From NCBI GenBank assembly GCA_001643675.2, contig LSRY02000004.1:930001-994000 (forward strand): 64,000 nucleotides of DNA. Reading direction: 5' to 3'. How positions within the stretch are numbered: position 1 is the stretch's first letter; each line of letters opens with the position of its first letter. Shown here piece by piece: positions 45,318 to 57,673 of this stretch. The notes beneath the pieces are model-generated. The model was not told the origin of the DNA. It saw nothing but the letters and a program-made list of their open reading frames with translations, and did no database searches. Origin of the DNA: Monocercomonoides exilis PA203 (taxonomy: Eukaryota; Protista; Preaxostyla). A program made the position numbers and the translations under genes.

Positions 45318-47214
45318 ATGGAAATTTCAAAACTTGCAAACCCTGAATTAGGCCTTCCTAATAGTACTTTTCTGCGTTCTCCATTAATGACCGATTCTTA
45401 TCAACTGTATGTACAGAATCAATTCTTTGTATCTGAAATATTTGTCTTTTTAGAACAATGTGCTACGCATATTGGAAGGGAGGAATTCATCTCAAAAAAG
45501 CATCATTTGAATTATTCTTCAGAAAATGCCCATTCCAAGGAGAATACACAATATTTGCTGGATTGAGTAATGTTTGACAAATAATAATATTTCCTTTTTT
45601 TGTAATTTATTTTGATTCTGAATGTCATTTGTGCAGGTACTTAAATTTTTGAATGGATTTCGATTCCAGGAATCCGATGTTGAATTTTTAAAGACAATCA
45701 TTCCACATGCAGAACCAGAGTTTTTCGATTTTGTTCGCTCAATTGATGCTTCTTTATTGACCGTTACAGCAATGAAAGAGGGAACGATGTGCTTTCCATC
45801 TGAACCACTTCTTCGTGTTGAGGGTCCACTTGCTGTTGCGCAGCTTGTGGAAACCACACTTCTAAATATTGTTGGATATCCGACATTGGTTGCAACAAAC
45901 GCTTCAAGAATAAGATTGGCAGCAGGAAAGGATAAATCATTACTTGAATTTGGTCTCCGCAGAGCCCAAGGTCCAGATGGAGGAATGTCAGCATCACTTT
46001 ATGCGGTTATGGGTGGTTTTGACAAAACATCAAATGTTTTGGCAGGGCAGTTGTATGGACTTCCTTTAAGCGGAACGCATGCGCACTCTTTTGTCATGTC
46101 ATTCAAAGGATTAGATGATGTGAAGAATGCTTTCTTAAAGAGAAATGCAACTGCGAGTTCGACAAGTTCAAGTGAAGAACTTGTTGATTTAAAAAAATTG
46201 GTTCTTGAAAAGAAAGCGCAATTGAAGATTGACGGTACGCAAGAAGGTGAGTTAGCAGCTTTCATATCATATGCTTCTTCCTTCCCGGATGCTTTTTGCG
46301 CGCTTGTTGATACATACAATACATTGAAGAGTGGAGTACTTAACTTTATTTGCGTGGCCATTGCACTTGTGGAGTGTGGATATCCAGCTGGATCAGTCAG
46401 ACTCGACAGCGGTGATTTGGCGTATCTCAGCAAAGAGGCAAAGAAGCTGTTTGCACGCTATGCAGAGATAAGTGGATGCGCTCCACTGAAATCTGCAAAA
46501 GTTGTTGCGTCAAACGATATCAATGAAACAACTCTTAATGCTCTTAACGAACAAAAGCACGAAATTGACATTTTTGGAATTGGAACGAATTTGGTATTGT
46601 TTTATAAGCTTTTATAATATCGTGTTACGTTTTTATTTATTTTTTCAATAATTATTCTATTTATACGTTTGAATCAATCCTTTGTTTCTATTCTTCTTGA
46701 AAAGGTGACTTGCCAAAGCCAACCATCTTTGGGATGCGTCTATAAATTAGTGTCACTTGAAGATTTCCCACGTATCAAGCTGAGTGACGAGGTGGCGAAA
46801 ACCACAATTCCTGGAAGAAAGATCGGCTACCGTTTGTTTGGTGCAGATGAGAAGCCTCTGCTTGATCTGTTGACGCAGGTGACAGGAGACGATGGAGCAC
46901 ACAAAGTGCCCAAAGCAGGAGAACGAGTTTTGTGCAGGCATCCATTTGAGGAGAGCAAGCGTTGCTTTGTTGTGCCATCTCATGTGGAATGCTTGCACGA
47001 ATTGGTGTGGGACCACGGAAAGTGCCCGCTGAAATCTCTGCCTTCTGTTGAAGAAATCAGAGCATTTGTTATGCGCCAGCTGGACAATACAAGATGCGAC
47101 TATTTGAGGCAGCACTGCCCAACCAAGTACAAAGTTTCTTTGGACGATGAGTTCTACACGATGATGCATCAGCTACTTCTTGAATGCACTCCAATTCCTG
47201 TTTTGGATATCTAA
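45318..47214 (+). CDS. NAPRT: Nicotinate phosphoribosyltransferase (NAD salvage), 4 exons
   Basis: [99 protein letters not shown]. Confidence 0.96.
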
Positions 47215-47836
47215 TTTTTGCTTTGTAAGTATTCATTCTGTAATATTTAAATTTCAGTTTTCTTTAAGGTGAGTATTCTTAGTAATCTTTGGATATATTT
47301 AAATGAATTGTAGTATCGAAATATGTCATGCTTGTTTCAAAAGTTTTTTTTTTTAATCTTTTTTTAATGTTAAATGTAGCGATTTGAAAAATCTGTGTGA
47401 TGTTTTATTTTCTGGTTCCTTTTTTTAATTATCTTGATGCTACAGGTATTATGTTATTCATTGGATTTTATAATAGAAATTCATTTGGAGAGATGAGAAA
47501 TATTTATGGAAGTTATTATTTCTTTTATTTCTCCTTCATTTTTTCCCAACTCATATCGCTTTTTTAAGCCCTCATATTTTGGGGGAAAACTGAAAAGCAT
47601 GAATATTTTTTATCAAGTTTGCTTTGCCCTGCTTAATATTTGAGATAGTAAAGGTACAGCTTCAATAATTATTTAGTGATTTCATGTTGAAAATGGTGCA
47701 TGAAATATCATCAAAAAATAAGATGGATCAAATGTTTCAATTTCCATATCTTTTGTGAAAGATTAAATATTGTTGTTCTTTTCTAATATTCTAAGAACAA
47801 AAGATAATTGTCAAAAAACAGGTTTTATGAAATAGA

Positions 47837-48524
47837 TATATAGTTAGTGTTAATAATGGTGGACACTTTCAATAACTGTGGACAGTTGCATTTTCTCAAC
47901 AACCATTTATAGTTTCTTTTTGACAATTAACCCAATTATTCCCTCAATTAATATGAACTTATAAGACATACAGAAATGAAGCAACTTGGGGCAAAATATT
48001 TAACTTCAAGCTTTTTCATTGAAAAATTATGCACTTTTCGTTGACTTTTTGCGAATAGAAAACATTATAAAAATAGTTCTATTTTTTGACATTCGTGAAA
48101 TGTTGGAAAACTTTATGTTTTAATTTCAACGATGCCTGTTTATGGATCTGAAAATCAGATTTATTTCAAAATCTGAGAAAGCGAAATAAAGTTATGAGCG
48201 AAGCAATTTTTTCTTGCTTTGTGCAAAAAAAGCTTGAAAGTCCGTATTTTCCCCCACTTACTCTACAGAATTTTGAAAAAAAAACATTTTTAATTTTCGT
48301 AGAAACTATATGAAATAAAAATCTCAAAATTTCTCCGAAAATTAAAAATGTTTTTTTCAAAATTCTGCAGAGTAAGTTGTATCATTTTTGTTTGACTTAT
48401 AAGTTAGCATTCATTGAAGGAATAATTGGGTTAATTGTCAAAAAGCAACTATAAACGGTTGTTGAGAAATTGCAACTGTCCACAGTTATTGAAAGTGTCC
48501 ACAATTATTAACACTAACTATATA
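47837..48524. mobile_element. Fold-back (palindromic) element with ~195-bp arms; left arm interrupted by a 268-bp insertion
   Basis: 47837-47987 plus 48260-48305 is the approximate reverse complement of 48330-48524 (tatatagttagtgttaataat..gtggacactttcaataactgtggacagttgca vs tgcaactgtccacagttattgaaagtgtccac..attattaacactaactatata). Both ends lie in TA repeats. Confidence 0.8.
47988..48255 (+). mobile_element. 268-bp MITE-like element, copy 1 (TIR GGGGCAAAATA / TATTTTCCCCC, 4-bp TSD ACTT)
   Basis: Imperfect 11-bp terminal inverted repeats. ACTT occurs at both 47984-47987 and 48256-48259, while the uninterrupted right arm of the host palindrome has the motif only once. Confidence 0.8.
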
Positions 48525-48675
48525 ATTTAAAACTTTCCAATTAAAAATGGATTTCCTCTGATTATTTTTATTCAACTTATTTCATTTATGATTCTGAATA
48601 AGCGACAAAATAAACTTTCATTCCTTTTGATGCTTGCAGTTGTCGGAATTTTTTTGTTAAGTTCCATTTGTTTGA

Positions 48676-48846
48676 TTTTTTGGTGGAAGAAATTTTTGAA
48701 AATTTTCTTCGAAATTTTATTCCGACTCACTAAATTTCACCACCATCAAAAAAAATGCTTGAATTTGTTATTATTTCCAAACTTGTGAAATTTCGTGAGT
48801 CGGATTATAAATTAAAAAAATTCAAAATTTTCTTGCACCAAAAAAA
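48676..48846. repeat. Imperfect inverted repeat (~62-65-bp arms, ~44-bp loop)
   Basis: tttttggtggaagaaa..tccgactcactaaatttcac pairs with gtgaaatttcgtgagtcgga..tttcttgcaccaaaaa. Confidence 0.8.
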
Positions 48847-48904
48847 AAAAAAATATTTTCTTAACAAAAGTTCCTATTGAATAAAAATTTCAACAATTAT
48901 CAAA

Positions 48905-49148
48905 TGGCTATTTTTTTTTTTGAAAAGTTCCTTTTGTTTTATTTTCCAATAGAATGAAAATGTCATATTTCGATCAATTTTCTGTTCCCACTCACCAAAT
49001 TTCGCTGTCATGAAAGTGAAATCATCGCGATGTTATTATTTTCATGACAGCGAAATTTGGTGAGTGGGAACAGAAAATTGATCGAAATATGAAATTTTCA
49101 TTCTATTGGAAAATAAAACAAAAGGAACTTTTCAAAAAAAATTAGCCA
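48905..49148. repeat. Near-perfect palindrome (~110-bp arms, ~24-nt centre containing CATCGCGATG)
   Basis: 48921-49015 and 49040-49134 are reverse complements with one visible mismatch; the outer ends are tggcta..tagcca. Confidence 0.9.
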
Positions 49149-49331
49149 AATAGTTTTTGTCTATATTTTCTAATTAGGTGTTTGTCACATATTTTGTGAT
49201 GTCAAGAAAAAATTTTTGATTACAACAATTTTTCACTTTCCTGATTTTCTTTTAACTCAGAAAAAGGTTCCACATTTATTTTTTTCATTATAAAATGTTT
49301 CCAGAAAATTAATAGAAATTTTTACTCGAAA

Positions 49332-49332
<1 letters not shown>

Positions 49333-49390
<58 letters not shown>
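49333..49390. repeat. Poly-A homopolymer (~58 nt)
   Basis: Uninterrupted A run, seen directly. Confidence 0.9.
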
Positions 49391-49392
<2 letters not shown>

Positions 49393-49477
49393 ATGCTCCA
49401 CGAAATAGAGAATGATTTCTAATATAATTACACAAATTAATTTCTGGTTATTGTTCATCAGAGGTGGATTACAAAAT

Positions 49478-49745
49478 AGGGGAAAATATGGGCATTCAAG
49501 CTTTTTATGCACAAAGCGTGAAAAAATTGTTTCGCACATAACCTAATTTCGCTTTCTCAGATTTCAAAATAAATTGGACTTTCATGTCTGAAAGCAAGAA
49601 TCATTAAAATCGAAACATAAATTATTGTGTCATTTCACGAATTTCAAAAAATGTTCCCATTTTTGTTGTGTTTTTTGTTCTCAAAAAGTCAATGAAAAGT
49701 GCATTATTTTTCAATGAAAATGCATGAAGCAAAATATTTTGCCCT
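49478..49745 (-). mobile_element. 268-bp MITE-like element, copy 2 (inverted relative to copy 1)
   Basis: Its reverse complement aligns along the whole length with 47988-48255 (gggcaaaatatttt, cattgaaaaa..atgcacttttc, aaatctgagaaagcgaaat, aaaagcttgaa, tattttcccc). Same length; flanks aaat/aagt. Confidence 0.8.
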
Positions 49746-50593
49746 AAGTGAGCACTGAAAAATGAAAATGTCTGTTTTTGACTTCTTCATTATTATTTCA
49801 GTTGAATCATTTACTTTTGAAAGTTATGACAAATTTTGTATTTGTGAACAAAATCATTTTTTTGTGACAAATAACATTTGAAAAGTCAACAATACGAAAA
49901 AAGGAATGATTTCAAATATTATCACAAAATTTTATATTTTCTTTGTCTCTGTGTGCTGAAGTGAAAACTGTTATATTGAACTTTATTATGAAAAACACTA
50001 TACTCCATTTGAAATCTTCCACATGAAGAAGATTATTTTTTTTTACAAAAAATTTTTTTTCTTTTGAAATTTGTTTTGAAATATGATAATTCTCATCTAT
50101 TTTTATTTTTCTTAATAAGATATTCAAGCTTTTTTTTTTTTTGAATAACAAAGTTTGAGAGTTTATAAGAAGATTGCTTTCAAGTTTGGTCAATCATCTA
50201 TTGGTTTTTTTTAAGAAACAAATTTATATTCACAGAGAAGAGAAAATATTAATGAGTCCAATTCGATGTTTATACACAATGATCAGGATTAAGAGAATTT
50301 GATTTCCATGTGACCATAATCGGTTTTAATAGAAGATCATATCTTTCTTTTTTTCGTTCAGCAACGAAAAAGGCCTCAAAGCAAGTACATTAGCATTTAA
50401 CTGCTTTCAATACAAACAATAATATTTCTCTCGCTTTATTTGTCAGTTTTATTTCAGGGCCTCGTCATCTTTCTTTCAGTTTGTCTTTTTTAATTTTCAG
50501 AGGTTAATATCTTTACTTGCGGTTTAAACATCTATTTTTTAAATATCCATTTCACTTGTAATTCAACAGTAATAAAAATATTGTGGCCAAAAC

Positions 50594-53157
50594 ATGGAGC
50601 CTCTTGTTGAAAATGCTCCACAAAATCCTCACTCTTCTCCCCCGACTCCACTCAAAAACCAGATAAATAAAGCAAAAGAGAAAATTCACGACATATCTCG
50701 TGACGACACACCTGCTTCGCAATTATCTTCTGATTCTGACGATGACAGCCTTGATTCATCATCTGAAACACTTTCATCAACCGATTCAGAAGATTCTGAC
50801 ACTGGAACAACAACATCTACAATTACAAACAGTTCGTTTTATTCTTCCCCCAGTGATGATGATTTTACAGAGAGTTCTGTGTCTCCTGCTGAGTCAGTCG
50901 ATCGTCAAAATAAAGCTTTGTTGTTTAACAGCCAACCGATAACAACTTCACGCAATACAACCGAGGCCTCAGAACCTGCTGATAAAATTTATGGAGTTGC
51001 TCCAAGCATTTATTTATCTCCTAATAGGATGCCCAATGAAAATAGCACACCAAAAATTGATTCTAATATACCACACTTTTCAGGGACGCCTCAAACTCCA
51101 CCTCAAATGATGACGTCCCCCCATACAAAATCTGATTTAACATTCCCTTCAAATGTTTCACTTCATACCGGAACTCTTGTTATCGGATCCCCTTCATCCA
51201 CAAGTTCAATGTCTTCATCATTTCAAAATTCAAGCCAACTTTCATCTCCTTTACCTTCATTTGCAGCAAACGGTGCATTTGGCTCGCCGTCAGTCAACAT
51301 CCTGCAGCAAATGAACTCTTCCGGTTCTTCTGCCGCGATCAACCAGCACTCCCCTTCTCACGCTCCAATGGTGCTGCCTCTACCGTCGCAGCACACCGTC
51401 TCTGAGATTGTGCTTCCCTCTCTCTCCACCACACCCACTGAGCATGCCCCGCTGTCTGCCTCACACTCAGCAATCCACTCACAGCCTCACACACCGTCTC
51501 ATTCTCCATCCCCAAGCTTCACATCTTCACCTTCGCCAACATTCACCTGCCCTTCGCTTTCTCCAACACCGCTCTCTTCCTCGCCCATCGCGTCTTCTTA
51601 CGCCTTCACTTCGCCAGAGCAGGCTTATCAGACATACAACACACAACCTCAACCTTACCCTTTCATGCTCTCCAACCCTTTTCAAGCAGCCAACTACTCA
51701 CCTATTTCCACCCTTCCCCCCGGTTTCTACCCTGTTCCTCTTCCTTCTTTCCCTCAAAACCAATTCCCCCTCCAACAAACAATGCCTTTTATTCCATACC
51801 AACCTGCATACCAACCTTTCACCTCTTCTCCCATCACTCAGCTGTATCCAATGCCCATCCAGTTCACTCAGGCTGGCCAGCCTCTCTACGCAACCTCAGC
51901 TGCCTCTGCTCCTTCTGCTGCTTCTCCTTCTTCATTCATTTCTTCTGTTTCTTCTTCTTCTTCCGCTTCTTCCGCTTCTTCTTCTTGTTCTTCTCCTTCT
52001 TCATTTGCTTCACCTGCCTTTCCTTCTCTTCCTTCTCCTCAGAATCTGCAGCCGTTCAGCCCTGAATCCCGGACACACCCACGTTTGTCTGAACATCTGC
52101 TGATTCTGCCGACTTCCCCCCAGCACAACACAGACTCCCCCAAGCACCACCAGCAAAGGAACCGCAAAAAGACCTCCCGCTTCACATACGTCCCTCAAAG
52201 CCACCATCGCGACGGAGAGGCTCAATCATCATCATCATCTGCATTGACTCCTGTTTCTTCTTCTGCTTCTCCTGCTTCATCATCATCGTCATCTTCTTCT
52301 CCTTCTGCTGTTTCTTCTTCTTCTTCTTCTGCCCCGTTCTCTCCAGCTGTCTCAGTCAGTGCGTCTCCACTGCATCTTGGTTCTTCTCTTCCGATGTCCC
52401 CTGCCTCTCCTTCCTCTTCTTCTTCCTCTGCGTCGCTTTCATGTAGAGGCAACTCTCTCTTTGGAGACACACAATCACCAGTTGTGCCATCGAATGCGTC
52501 GACACCTGGAAGTTCTTCTGGCTCTTCTAATTCATCCAAATCTTCTTCTTCTTCTGCCAATTCTTCTCATTCTTCTTCTTCTCATTCTTCTTCTTCTGTT
52601 TCTTCTTCATCTGTTCCTTCTTCCTCTTCCTCTTCTTCCTCCTCCTCTTCTTCTGCAGGCCCAGCTGCTGTTCCTGTGCCTTATATCAGCAACATTTCTG
52701 TGGCACAGCCAGCTCGCCGCAATGAAAGCACCCACACGTCACGAACTAAACCTCCCCTCAACTTCAACACTCTCTCGTCGCTTGCGCCTTCTTCACAGAC
52801 ATCTCACACAGCTGCCTCTTTCAGCTATAAGAATTCATCATCATCTTCCTCTTCTCTGCCTTCCTCTTCCTCTTCTTCTCCTTCAGTTATCACTTCCTCC
52901 TCCTCCTCCTCTCCTTCTTCTTCAAAATCATCCTCATCTCATTCTCCATCTCCATTCCCTTCCACATCCGTATCATCCTTATCATCCTCCTCCACACCAT
53001 CATTTCCTCCGTCTTCCTCTCCTCCCTCTGGAACACTCTCGCCTCTTTCCTTCTCTTCCGCTGCATCTCAACATCATCACAACAGCACTTTGGGAGGCAG
53101 TGAAAGAAATGAAGCAACTCATTCTTCATTAAATGCAACAGACAATCAAACACATAA

Positions 53158-53205
<48 letters not shown>

Positions 53206-53974
53206 TTCTTCTTCTTCTTCTTCTTCTTCTTCTTCTTCTTCTTCTTCTTCTTCTTCTTTTTCTTCCTCTCTTCATCAGCTCAGCAGTTCCTCGTCAGTCA
53301 GTTCTAATGGTTCTAATTCTCATTCTATCTCAGGATCTCAAAAGCTACCGAAAAAAGAAGCTAACAAAGCAACAGAAAAGAGCAGTAATACTCAAAATGT
53401 CCTACCAGTTCACTCGATTCTGGAGACAGCAGAAGCAAATGCTCATTCTTCGTTAAACAACACCAACACCAGCAGCATCATTAGCAGTAACAGCAGCAGT
53501 AACAGCAGTAGCATTAGCAGCAATAATAATAATAACAGCAACTCGAAAAAGACTTCTTCATCTTCTTCTCACTCATCCAAGAAATTGAGTGTGAACAGCG
53601 TGGAATTCAAGCCAACACACAGAAAAGTGGAGATCGTGTTTCAAAAGAAGCAAACAACAGGCAAAGATGAAGGAAAAGGAAGAGGAGAAGGAAAAGAAGG
53701 AAAAGAAGGAAAAGAAGGCAATAGAATCCAAACAGCATCACAACCATCTCAACAAAACAGTCAACAATTCCAAAACAGCAAAGTCATCCAACCAAAGTTC
53801 GCAAAACCGGAGCGTGTGAACACAAATCAGGTTGCTCAGCATCCAAAAAGGCATCTCAAACAACAAAAAGAAGAACAATCAGATTCAGCTACAACACCAG
53901 CAGCATCGTCAACATCAGTGTCACCATCGCCTTCTTCTTTGTCTTCTTCTTCCTCTTCCTCTTCTTCTTCTGCC

Positions 53975-54007
<33 letters not shown>

Positions 54008-56887
54008 TCTTCCTCTCCCTCCTCTTCCTCTTCTTCATACACCAACACTCCATCCGAGTTCAGTTCTCCTTCCTCTTCTGAATCATCCACAATGTTCCAG
54101 TCGCCTCAGAGCGAGCTTCTACCAGCCATTTCCAAATCTCCATCTGACTCTTCAACTTCAACTTCAATTTCTTCTGCTTCTTCTTCTTCTTCTGTTTTAT
54201 CTGCCTCCTCATTAGACTCCCCTCTTGTTCCAACACTTCTGAATTCTGTCACTCCATTCACCACTCCCTTTGCCACTCCATCAACATTTGCCTCATCCAC
54301 TGATGCTTCTTCTTCTGCTTCTACTTCTTCTTCTTCTGGTCCTTCTTCTGTTTCTGATTTGACCTCTGCCTCTCCCACACAATCTATCAGCTCATCGCTC
54401 TCTTCTGCCACTGAAACAGAGGTTAATTGCTCTTCTTCTTCCTCTTCCTCCTCTTCTTCTTCTGCTGTTTCTGGTGCTGATCCGATCATCCGGCCAAAGT
54501 CAACGCCTCTTTCGTGCTTCTCCAGCGAAGACAGCTTTGTTCTTCGGCATCTTCATTCATCTGTGGCGCCTTCATCAGTCGACGAGAACTATCTGTCAAA
54601 ACACACAAAGGCGTTTGCTTGCTCACCAGATGCTCGTTTCATTCTGCAGGAGGCGGAGTTTATGAGAGGAGGAAGTGAATCACCAGAGGGGAATGAAAGA
54701 ACAATGAGTAACAGTAATAACAATTGTAATTATCATCACAATTACAATAACAACAGCAACAACAATAACAGTGCATTTTCTCTCAACTCATCTCAGATGC
54801 TGTCTAAACATTCATCTTCCCACGATGACTGCAACACCACAGGCCATTTTATTGCCCATCCATCATCTGACGAGATCATCTCCTCTTCTCTTTCTCCTTC
54901 CTCTCCTTCTTCTTCTCTCATCCCTCGTTTGTCATTCTCTCAATCACGCATCGTCTCCCCACCAACAATCGCTGGCTTTTCTGCTGCTTCTTCTCCTTCC
55001 TCTCCTTTCGTCTTCTCCATCGGCTGCTCAAACAGCCCTGCCGACATCATCACACCTTCTCCTTCGTTTCCCCCTGCCTCGTTCGATTCTTCCTCATCGG
55101 TATTTCTGACTAAAAGGACGGATTCTTCAGAACACACACAAAAATTAGAGGGTTTTGATAGTGGCTCACAGAATTCGCTCTGCAAGACAGAGAGGCTGAC
55201 TGTACATGCGCTTTCAGACACGACTCTTCTGTCTTCTCTTTCCAAATCGTCTTTCCCTTTTAAATGCAAATCGGCTGATCTTCCTGAGCAGATAGAAAGT
55301 TCCTCTTTGTCTTCGGAGAATTCTTCTTCTGTCAAACAGCAGAGGAATTCACCTCATACGCAGTTTCAGACACAGCTTCAGTCACATTCACAATCACACT
55401 CACAGACACAGACACAACAACCACAAATGAATGTGTCGTTTCTGTTTCCTGATGTCGAAGTGAAACAGCCTGCGAAACAGTATTTGAATGCTTCTTGTAC
55501 GGAAAATGGCTCAATAAGGAGCAATGTTCAACAATCAGATTCTTTGGATCAACAAAATGTTGAGGCTAATAAACAGAATGAGGTTGGCGAGATTTCACTT
55601 CAAAAGCAAATGCAGCCATCAAATGAAACATTTCAATCGGATGTTCAGTTTTCTTCTTCTTCTTCTTCTTCTTCTTCTTCTTCTTCTTCTTCTTCTTCTT
55701 CTTCTTCTTCTTCTTCTTCTTCTTCTTCTTCTTCTTCTTCTTCTTCTTCTTCTTCTTCTTCTTCTTCTTCTTCTTCTTCTTCTTCATCTGAATCTATTTC
55801 TGAATCTTCTTCAAAGGCGTTCAGGCCTTTTATTTTTCCGAGTGATATTTCTCCGTCAGAAAATGACAAACCTACTTTTCCTCAAACTTCAGTGAAGACT
55901 TCTTCATCACAACATTCCTCTTCCTCTTCCTCTTCCTCTCCTTCATCTCCTTCATCTTCATTACCATCATCCTTTCCAATTTCAACAACATCCAAATCTT
56001 CTCCTTCACTACCTCTACCACCTTCATCATCATCGTCATCCTCTTCTTCTTCTTCTTCTTCTTCATCCACATCACCTTCATCCATTCATTCAGACACTTC
56101 GGCGATGAATGTTGGTTCACTCAGCTTTCACAACACCAAAACAAACAACAACAAACCAGCATCATCGGAACGATTCATCAAAACACCGGATCAATCTTCA
56201 GTTCATCTGTCTCCTGTTTTATCAGATTCTTCTTCTTCTTCTTCTTCTTCTTCTTCTTCTTCTTCTTCTTCTTCTTCTCATTCTTCATCTTCTTCTCTTC
56301 CTGAAGCTCTCAAAAAAACAGCGGAATTTCCACGTTCTTCCAATGCAGAGAAGCCAACCAGCCAAAAAGCTAAGCAAACAGAGCGACCTCCGCCGAAGCC
56401 GATACCATCCAATGCGAACACAAAGGAAACAGAACATTCAGCAAACAAAGCAAGTGGCAAAAGAAATGCTAATAAAAAAAGCAATTCAACAGCAACATCT
56501 TCGCTTTCACCAATTTCATTAAAGATTGAAGCTTCTGAGCTGTTAAAGGGAGAAAAAGAAAGCAAAAACGAGGAAAAAGCAATTTCTCCTCCATTTTTCG
56601 GTTTGGATCTGTCCATTTCATCGAATCAGACGTCAGTCACACAAAGAAATTCTCAAAGAAATAATCAGAAAAACAAAAAACAGAACAACCAGACAAAAGG
56701 GAAAAAGGGGAGAAAGAACAAAAATGAGGTTGAATTGCAGGCTCAGAAAAGTGTCATTGAAGGAGATGAGGTTAAAGCAGAAGAAGTTTTGTTTGATAAG
56801 AATAGCTCATCAACTGCAGATGCTTCATTTGAAGCAGGCGCTCTGCCTTCGAATGCTTCTCCTCAATTTACGTTATCTTCAACTTCT

Positions 56888-56920
<33 letters not shown>

Positions 56921-57673
56921 GCTTCCACTTCTGATTCAGCATCTTCATCTTTTGTTGTTTCAACTCTTCCTTCTTCAACACAAACAGCAAACACATCCAA
57001 CGAATCCGTCTTTTATCCAAAAGAAAACATAAGCAATATTTCTCTTATTGAAGAAGATGAGAAGCCAACTGTGTTAAGTACTTCTTTGTCTTCTCAGAAA
57101 TCACCTGATACTTTTGAAGCAGTGCAAACACAAGTGAACAAGAGGAAAAATAATTCAAACAGGAAAAAGCAGAATAATCGATATTCTTCATACAAAACAA
57201 ACCTTCACAACACTTCTTCTTCCTCCTCCTCCTATTCGTCTTCATCTTTACATTCACACAAGACTCGTCGGACATCATCCTCATCTCTCTCACGAAGCGA
57301 AGAACACAATGATGAAGAGAAGGAGAAAGAGAAGGAGAAGAAGAATGACACTGAAAATGACAATGACAATGACAATGACAATGACAATATCAATGACGAT
57401 GATTACATCGAAGATCATCATTCTCTTCATCATCAACCTCTTCCCGCGCAGAATCTTCGGATAAAATGGCAGCTGTTTGTGATTGTGCTGTCGATATTCA
57501 TTCTGATTCTGCTGCTGATTATCAGCCACGACGCACAGATGAAAGGGCTGGAGCCGCAGAGAAGAAGAGCGATGAGAAGTGGGAAAGGAGAAGGAGGGAG
57601 TGAAAGAGGGGGAGAAGGAGGGTTTTGGGAGAAAGTGAGCAGGATGGTGGATGAGTGGAAGGGGAGAGAGTGA
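50594..57673 (+). CDS. Giant intrinsically disordered Ser/Pro/Gln-rich protein with a PAM2 motif and a C-terminal TM anchor
   Basis: Intronless 2359-aa ORF; KKLSVNSVEFKP at 53579-53614; hydrophobic WQLFVIVLSIFILILLLII about 50 aa before the stop; no signal peptide. Confidence 0.75.
55652..55786 (+). repeat. Coding (TCT)n microsatellite, ~45 Ser codons
   Basis: Near-perfect tct array; similar arrays lie at 53159-53258 and, on the minus strand, ~21593-21655. Confidence 0.9.

Noticed and set aside
47837-49745. CRISPR array or rRNA/tRNA interpretation of the repeats
   Set aside because: The repeats are inverted rather than regularly spaced direct repeats; no cas genes, cloverleaf or rRNA motifs were seen, and the context is eukaryotic.
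49800-49917. Possible fourth degenerate palindrome (gaatcattt..cttttgaaagttat / ataacatttgaaaagt..aatgatttc)
   Set aside because: Matches are short and AT-rich; not distinguishable from background by eye.
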